From the NCBI RefSeq assembly GCF_000181795.1, contig NW_003526940.1, forward strand, positions 1,654,571 to 1,718,570: a stretch of DNA of 64,000 bases. Reading direction: 5' to 3'. The stretch's first letter is position 1. Every line of letters starts with the position of its first letter. Positions 57,132 through 64,000 of the stretch are shown here, piece by piece. The stretch is from Trichinella spiralis. Lineage: Eukaryota. A program made the position numbers and the translations under genes. The notes under the pieces were generated by a model. The model made no database searches. It was given only the letters and a program-made list of their open reading frames with translations, and had not been told where the DNA came from.

Positions 57132-58202
57132 TTAACGTTTCTTCTGTTTGTTCAAATTCATCTTGCTGAACATTCCCTTGACACGTTGGTTAAATTTGCC
57201 GAAAACTTTTTTGCGCTTTATTTGAGGAAATTCCACACATTCACTGTCTGTGGACCACTCTTTGATGGCGTGAACAGTTTTGCGAGATTTCTCCAGAACA
57301 TGCTTCAAACTAGAGTCCTTTTTCATCATGTGAACCAACAAAGCCCAATGTAAAAAGGCATATTGGGGAAAAGATTGCACGGACAGTGCTCTTTGTTTTC
57401 GCACAGCTCTCACAACTGCCTGGATATTGATGGGTTTGTTCTTATCTGCAATATGAATCAGGTTGTTCAAGCAAACGAAAGTTCCAGCCCTGCCCACTCC
57501 GGCTGAACAATGCACCACAATAACCGGCAATTTATCATTTTCTCGAAGCAAATTCTTTTCCATTATCTCCATTGCTTCCAAGATGGCGTGCGTACAAGTT
57601 GGTGGAGCGTGATCTGGCCAATTCAGAAGCATGTAATGGCTCAGTTCTCGACTTTCGTCAGTGCTTTTATTAACCAGACGTAAAAGGGTTATTTGCAGCT
57701 GATTATGCATTATTTTTTCAACTTGCTGCACTGAAAACTCACCGGACTCCAGATTTTCACCAGGTTTCACCGGCCAATACGGACGGTCCTTCAGCTCATT
57801 CTGCTCAGTAATGACAACCAAACAAACCACTGCACGTACTTCTTCATGCCAAACCATTGACCAAAAATGACTGACTGTCCCTTCAAGCGGGGCTTGGGTT
57901 ATTATATAAATGAACGGAGAATGGGGCAGTTTAACCCAGTTGGCGTGGATGAAATCATTACCGTCGACCGGAAATCTCAACTTTACACGTGATATATCCA
58001 AACATGGGATGTCAGAATAGCGCACACGCCCATTGGTCGAATTCTTACTAAACTCAATGTGATTATGAGGGATCAAAATCACATTTTGCAATTCCTCAAA
58101 TTCCTCTTTCATTTGTTCCGAAAGTTTTGTCAATTTCATGGACGCCATAGCGTTGAACCATCCTTGAAAGCTGCACTTATCGACGGATTTCTTTCTTGAC
58201 AT
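57132..58202 (-). CDS. Classical non-receptor protein tyrosine phosphatase, single-exon ORF
   Basis: RYSDIPCLDISRVKL, DFIHANWV, YIITQAPL, FWSMVW, WPDH, VVHCSAGVGRAG, SVQSFPQY. First ATG at 58202; the ORF is open to 58226. Confidence 0.95.
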   Translation of the reverse strand: MSRKKSVDKCSFQGWFNAMASMKLTKLSEQMKEEFEELQNVILIPHNHIEFSKNSTNGRVRYSDIPCLDISRVKLRFPVDGNDFIHANWVKLPHSPFIYIITQAPLEGTVSHFWSMVWHEEVRAVVCLVVITEQNELKDRPYWPVKPGENLESGEFSVQQVEKIMHNQLQITLLRLVNKSTDESRELSHYMLLNWPDHAPPTCTHAILEAMEIMEKNLLRENDKLPVIVVHCSAGVGRAGTFVCLNNLIHIADKNKPINIQAVVRAVRKQRALSVQSFPQYAFLHWALLVHMMKKDSSLKHVLEKSRKTVHAIKEWSTDSECVEFPQIKRKKVFGKFNQRVKGMFSKMNLNKQKKR

Positions 58203-59276
58203 TGCTTTGGATACTTGACTCGACAATTCGCTAGTCCACAGAAGAATATCACTAAAAGTGATTAAAACGAAAAGTCACAGAATATATAAATAGATAAAAC
58301 TTTAAAGTAAAACTCACTTTAAACCGCTTTAGTTTTAGTTTAAATTCAGTTTAAACAAAAGACACTTTCAAATTTACTTTAAACTACAAGTTCATCAATG
58401 TATGTGAAAAACAGATTTCGCTAAATAATTCAAAATTTTTTTAATTCACAGAATTTATCATTTATGCTAACTGATAATTCTATAAATTTTGAAATTTCTT
58501 CTAATTGTTTGTTTGAAATGTGATTCAATTCAAATTACATTTCAATATTCACACGCAATTGATGTTTCAGCAAACGTTTCACTGATCCAAAGTCTAGGTG
58601 AGCAAACTACTGTGCAGTGCAAACTTCATATCATAGTCTCATAACGTAATTGTTAACATAAACACAATGACATTTCTATTCTTGCATAGTAAGTAAAGCT
58701 GTACTCTTGAAAATATTACATTTGTTACGTAATACGTAACGTTCAAATCATCATTATAAAATATCTACAATTTTCGCGACAAACTACACCATAAACATCC
58801 TACTGAAACAATAGGCAAGCAACTCCTCCACAGTACTATCATCAAATCTTTCCTCCCTCAGTTGTCAGTGGCAGTTGAAACTGAACACATCACGACTGAC
58901 AGAAGCTGGAAACATCACGAATTTTTTCTTTTTAATGCAATTGTAATTGTAGGAACGGACTGCATGTATTCTGCTAATTTTTTTTAGACTACTATTGTTA
59001 GACAAAAATTTTCCATAAGATAGATTCATGCTTTGATTTGTTCAGATTTTCTTTTGCACAATTCAATTTCAAGAAGATGTATTTCACAGCCTATAATGAG
59101 TCACAATTTGGTTCATTTAATATGTGCAGTACTTCATCAGCTAATAACATTTAACTGTAAATAGATAGAATATTTTAGATTTCATTGAAAAACAATTTCC
59201 ACAAAAATTTTCATATGGAGACATATTTTTGTTATTCAGAATTTCATATGCGTTTCAATTAGATTAAAATGCTTAT

Positions 59277-59474
59277 TGCTATGTATTACGATGCCATGAG
59301 ACCAAAGCATTTCAAAGAGCACTCATGAACATATGATAGTAGCACCAGTAGTTAATGTCAAGTAGTCTGTGCACGGCGAATGTGTGTGTACTGTGTGTGC
59401 GCTACATATATCATGTCAACATGTCGCCATTACAACGAAACGCTCTGAACGGATTAATAAGAACCTATACACAA
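59277..59474 (+). mobile_element. Diverged second copy of the 26721-26960 small LTR-like element
   Basis: TGCTATGTATT..AAAGAGCACTCATGAACATAT..CATTACAACGAAACGCTCTG aligns with the reverse complement of 26721-26960 (TGTAATGTATT..AAAGAACGCGCAGGAACATAT..CATTACAAGTAAAGTCTCTG). Confidence 0.55.
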
Positions 59475-59949
59475 AAATTCTCATATCAGTATAACATGTT
59501 GCATAACTTTATCATCAATAAAAATATTAGTTTGTTTTTAATTAAAATTACTTTTCAGTTCATAAATTTTATTATTTTCATGATTTTACAAATTACAAAT
59601 AATTACATCTTGCCAAGTTCTATTATTTATCATAAGCCCACTTTTCATAACTATTCCACTTCACATATCTGACTTGATATATATTTTCATTTTTTAATAA
59701 ATATTCCCAAAAATACATTTGAATGTATATTTTATTGCATTACAAAAGAAGCATATAGAATGAAATGTAACAAACAACAGATAGATCAGCCAATACTTTT
59801 TTCTATCATCAACATTTTTTTCTACCATTAGGCAGTTACTAAACTCAACATGAAGATGAAGAAAAACAGAATAATAAAGCAATATAATGTATTACAGTAA
59901 GAAAGAGTACGTGCTGAGGATTTCACTGTTCTACGGGCAGTGGGCCTTT

Positions 59950-60840
59950 CTCAGCCGTTGACATGTCACAATGCATGGATTGTAAACAGTTGCTGTTGAT
60001 GCCAATGAGAGGGCACTTTCAATGTATATTCATGAAAGGCTGTATGCCAAGAGTCTCATGTCATTACCTGGAAACAAAATTCGACCTTTTTCTGCTTAAA
60101 GTGCTGAATGGAAAGCTTTCGTTTTTCTTCTTTTTCTTTTCCTCTTTCTTTTTTAGTTTCGCCTGACAGTGACATCAAATTCTCGAGACTAGCACGTTGG
60201 TCTTCTTGTGTTTCTTGTTAGAAGCGGAAGTAGCATTCCTGTTCTTGCCTATTCACCAACATGCCTCTAACTCCAGGCATAAGATGGTTTTGTAGTCACA
60301 GGTGATATCTTCTGATTGGAGGTGTACCACTGACACTGCCGACTGCTTAATTGCTCTGATGTCTATACCGTTCATAAGCTATGATCCGCTCGCTCCAGCT
60401 GAATTTCAATATGGAAAACAACAATTCGGTGCTGTTTATGCACGACGTTCAACTTATCATTCATGTCTCCTTGTTTCTCCTCAATAGTTGCGGTTCGTTG
60501 TTGCTTCCTGTCGTGAGTATTAGTATATAGCTTCCAGGTCTTGGATGAAGGTAAAAAGCCCAAATTGTTTGTGTTATTTTAATGTGATCATCATATTGGA
60601 ATGCAGTTTGGAAGTGTGAGGTTGGCTGTGTGGTAGAAGATTGTTCTTTCGAGTGTCAAAGCAGTTGTAGATCCACGAATACATTAAGCGGCTTCTTGGT
60701 TATAAATAGCTGTTATTTCCATGGTTTCCCTTGTCGCTCTTCTTTCAAAAATTGCCTTTTTCTCTATTTTGTATGCCAAATAGAGATCCACTAGGAAATC
60801 AAGGATGTGTAGGTTTTGTTTGATCACTATCATGACCTCT
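59950..60840 (-). pseudogene. Degenerate 3' fragment of an RTE-clade non-LTR retrotransposon
   Basis: Ordered relic peptides KTWKLY (~ETWTLY), QLERADH (~QLRWAGH), IRAIKQ (~RLPKQ), YKTIL..W..KNR (~YKD..W..DR), AKLKRKRK and LIGINS (~RIGLxSH). Many frameshifts and stops. Confidence 0.5.
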
Positions 60841-63800
60841 AAATTGGTCTAAATCATTCTTGTACAACCATTTTATTTCTTTATCCTACACCAAAATACA
60901 CTAATCGTAAATAACAGTAAACATATGCGCTACATTTTATACTTACTACTGTGCCTTTGCATCGTTTCCTGCTTTTAGTAGTGTAATTCTGTTTATCAGA
61001 TCTGCCTTCGTAAGCTGGCCGCACACGGTCACTTCATCTATCGCTAATAACGCCATCGCGGAAGCAACGAGCTTAAAACGAAAATTTTCTATTCCGGAAA
61101 TTTTCAATGTTGGAATGACTAGTATGATCTCTTGCTATCTTCAATGTTAGTTTTCCAGCGCCTGCGTTAACGCAGACAATGACGTTATTTGTGAATAAAT
61201 TAAATCTGTTTACGTTGATTCTTCAGACAAATTTTCAATGTTAAGCTTTCATGAAGAGTGGGCAAGGATGCTTATGAGATTCCACGCTGCAACAGTAGTA
61301 ATAACGACTGGGAAGCTAAATAACCGCTACTAATTCTAAAATGTAAAAGATAAAAATATTAGGTTGAACGGAAAGGAGGCGCTGCTAGCGGAAGTTTTGC
61401 TTACGTCAGCACTGGCCCCGCTAATCGATAAGCTTGGTAACCGGTCCGGACATTTCTGAACGTGCAGAATATTCGCTTTCATGCTAGCACAGTTCAACAC
61501 TGCGTAAGAATGACGCAAAATTTTAGTAAATACGTAGTGCATGAAGCTACTATAGTCACAATGTTTTCCACATCTGGCAAGCTTGCATGCAAGAACTCGC
61601 CGATGGTTTTGACTGTTATACCCTCAATCAAATGAATAAAAAAAATAAATATGGGATAAATATTTAACATTCAAATTAGTAGACGATCCGTAATATTATT
61701 CCTTGCAGCTTTCAGACAATTGCGTAGGATTATAAGGCATCGGCGAGGTGTATGAATAGAAGTGGCAAATATACGCGGAAATCCGACATTCGTGGTTGCT
61801 CTGCACGGAAGCAACAAAGCGGCTATATCACAACTGTTGCTTTCGATTTGAAATGTGCAAATTTTCTGTCTTTGAATAATCAAAAAGTGATAGGCTAATG
61901 GTTTAATTAATTTATGCTGCAAAACTGTTAAGTTGAATGCGATTTTAAAGCAAACAAATATGAACAGTAGCCACTGGGTAGCAAGCTACCGTTCTTCAAC
62001 TAAAACTGGAGGTGACCAATATCAAAAGTTGACAATATTTTCTTGCGTATAAAGAAACCTATTTATTTGCTTTTAATCAAAAAATTTTACTTTTATGCAG
62101 TTAAATAATAGTGAATTAAATTGCAGATTAGTGTTTTATTTTGAATGAAGTACAATGAATGAAATATGTAATTAAATTTTATTTGAAGCACTTTAAAACC
62201 CTCAATTCAAATGCAGCTTAAAATGTGCTCAAACGTACAAATCATAATTATATTTACCGGATCTGCACAATGGAAAAGGGAAGTAACAGGCTTTACATTT
62301 TGAGGCGAATTTCCTTTTTCTTACAATTTTGTTCTTGCATATCAATTTAGTGCAAACATTTCATTCTTAACATATTCTGTTTTGTCAGCGTCAGCGTTAC
62401 ATCCAGGAAATACATGCCTTCATTTATTACAATTAGCGTGTACTTTTGTGATCGACCCGAACATGGTCAAACCATATTTATTACGATTTTGAAATACTGT
62501 ACCTTGTTTCATAAAATACTGTTTACGTTGATCAAAAATTGAACTGAATATACTCGTTAATGATTGAATTTCATAAAATGCATCATATACAGCAGTAGAT
62601 AGTGTAGCATAGCAACTGCATTATAGCGAAGACAATTATGTGTAACTCTTATTAATGCACAGAAAATTTGTACGCGTTAATGTTATGGAAATAAAAGATG
62701 ACGAAGAATAGTGTGTCAAAGTTGGAAATATAAGCATCATGAAAAGCTTTAAAATTTGTGCTTATATTTGATATTTTGAAACGGTTAAAAATTATGAAGA
62801 ATGTGGTTGTGTAAACAACGATGTATGTGATTCAAATAAATCAAAAAAGTATTTAAATATGATTACTCAGTGCCATATAAAAGCCTGTACTTTTGATTTG
62901 AAATTAATGATCATTAGTGCATAAAGCATTTGGAAGATTTTGTATATTATTTGAAAATCAAGATTGAATTTTAAATAAGCACCGGACATGTGCTTTTGAT
63001 ATCATTTTGAAATACTGTTACTTGTTTTTATTTAAAAAATAGAAAGTAAATAATAATAAGTTACATTTCTTTTGACCGAATTTTCAAATATTTTTGTATT
63101 TTTGTGCTGTTTGATTACTGTAAAGACTTTGAAATGTTTAGAATTTTCATAAGATGTGCTTTATTTTAATTGTTTTTATTTTAGTTGATTTAATTATTTG
63201 TTTTTCATTTTTAAAAAGTTTATTTTATCGTATTTTTAAAGCTTTAATTAATGATAAGTAAACGATTTTGGTCTCTACTTAGTTTATTTTTTAAAGAGTA
63301 TTGAGAATATTATTTTTAATGAAACATTTTTAACGAATTATTGTTTATTTTTACTTCTGTATTTATTTCTGCGAAATTATTTTTCACAGTAAATGACAAT
63401 GTATTGAATTACAGTAAGACTATAAGAAACATTTTTTACAATGTTTGTTTGTATGTTATGCTTGAAAATTTGCAATAGTTATTTTTAATTTGTATTTTTT
63501 TTAAATTTAACACAAACAAACAATATTTGAGAGTTAATATTGTTACTTTACAATGTAGGACGTTTTGAGTGATTTTCAAGTGTTATTTAACTACGTAAAA
63601 GTCGAATTCTGAAGTAAATCGGTGAATAGGAATCGTTTTTCTGTTAGTAACGTTTATTTTGATTAATTTCAATGTATTTTTCTTATTTTTTTATTCAAAG
63701 TTGCTGTTCTATCTCAGATTTAGTTGATGACTGATTTCATTTTTCAATGATATGCAATTTTAAGTGTTTTATTTTGAGTTCTGTTAACAGTTTCATAATT

Positions 63801-64000
63801 TGTTCACTGTCACTGAAATTATCGCGAATTTTATCAGACTACTCATCATTTTCATTTATTTTGTTAGTTTCACGCAGATAATTGTTGATGATGATGACAT
63901 GTTGCATGACGATGGTTTTTGTGAGAAATTTGTTATTTTGATTCTTTTGCATTGTAGTTTGTTCAGTTTTTAAAAATGTTTAACATTTTGTCGTCCATCG

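Noticed and set aside
60980..61900. GC-richer region with a possible MULE/FLYWCH-like fragment (KSDIRGCSARK)
   Set aside because: Similarity is too short to support by eye; probably TE debris.

Overview
AT-rich, intron-dense eukaryotic DNA with short GT-AG introns. The gene content (expanded DNase II/plancitoxin-like paralogs and a multi-cystatin-like secreted protein) points to a clade I nematode, most likely Trichinella; that is an inference from recalled family sequences. I can support about 14 protein-coding genes: RRP1/Nop52, SAAL1, SLC25A46, mL41, an HMG20-like HMG-box gene, three DNase II-like paralogs, a two-domain cystatin-like gene, an LRP5/6 (arrow)-type Wnt co-receptor, HIPK, a divergent RBBP4/7-like WD40 gene, NARFL/CIAO3, a histidine acid phosphatase and an intron-less tyrosine phosphatase. 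HIPK and the RBBP4-like gene both run into a 150-N assembly gap. Intergenic DNA carries several transposon relics: solo-LTR-like elements, a MULE-type TIR element with a 9-bp TSD, hAT/Buster fragments and an RTE LINE fragment. The most notable signals are: (i) a secreted-effector island (about 15-32 kb) whose DNase II copies lack both catalytic histidines, share a ~200-bp upstream module and show a sharp gene-conversion tract; and (ii) a full-architecture LRP5/6 gene, a Wnt component C. elegans is generally considered to lack. I see no prokaryote-style system (no CRISPR, rRNA or tRNA). All exon boundaries were read by eye and are approximate.
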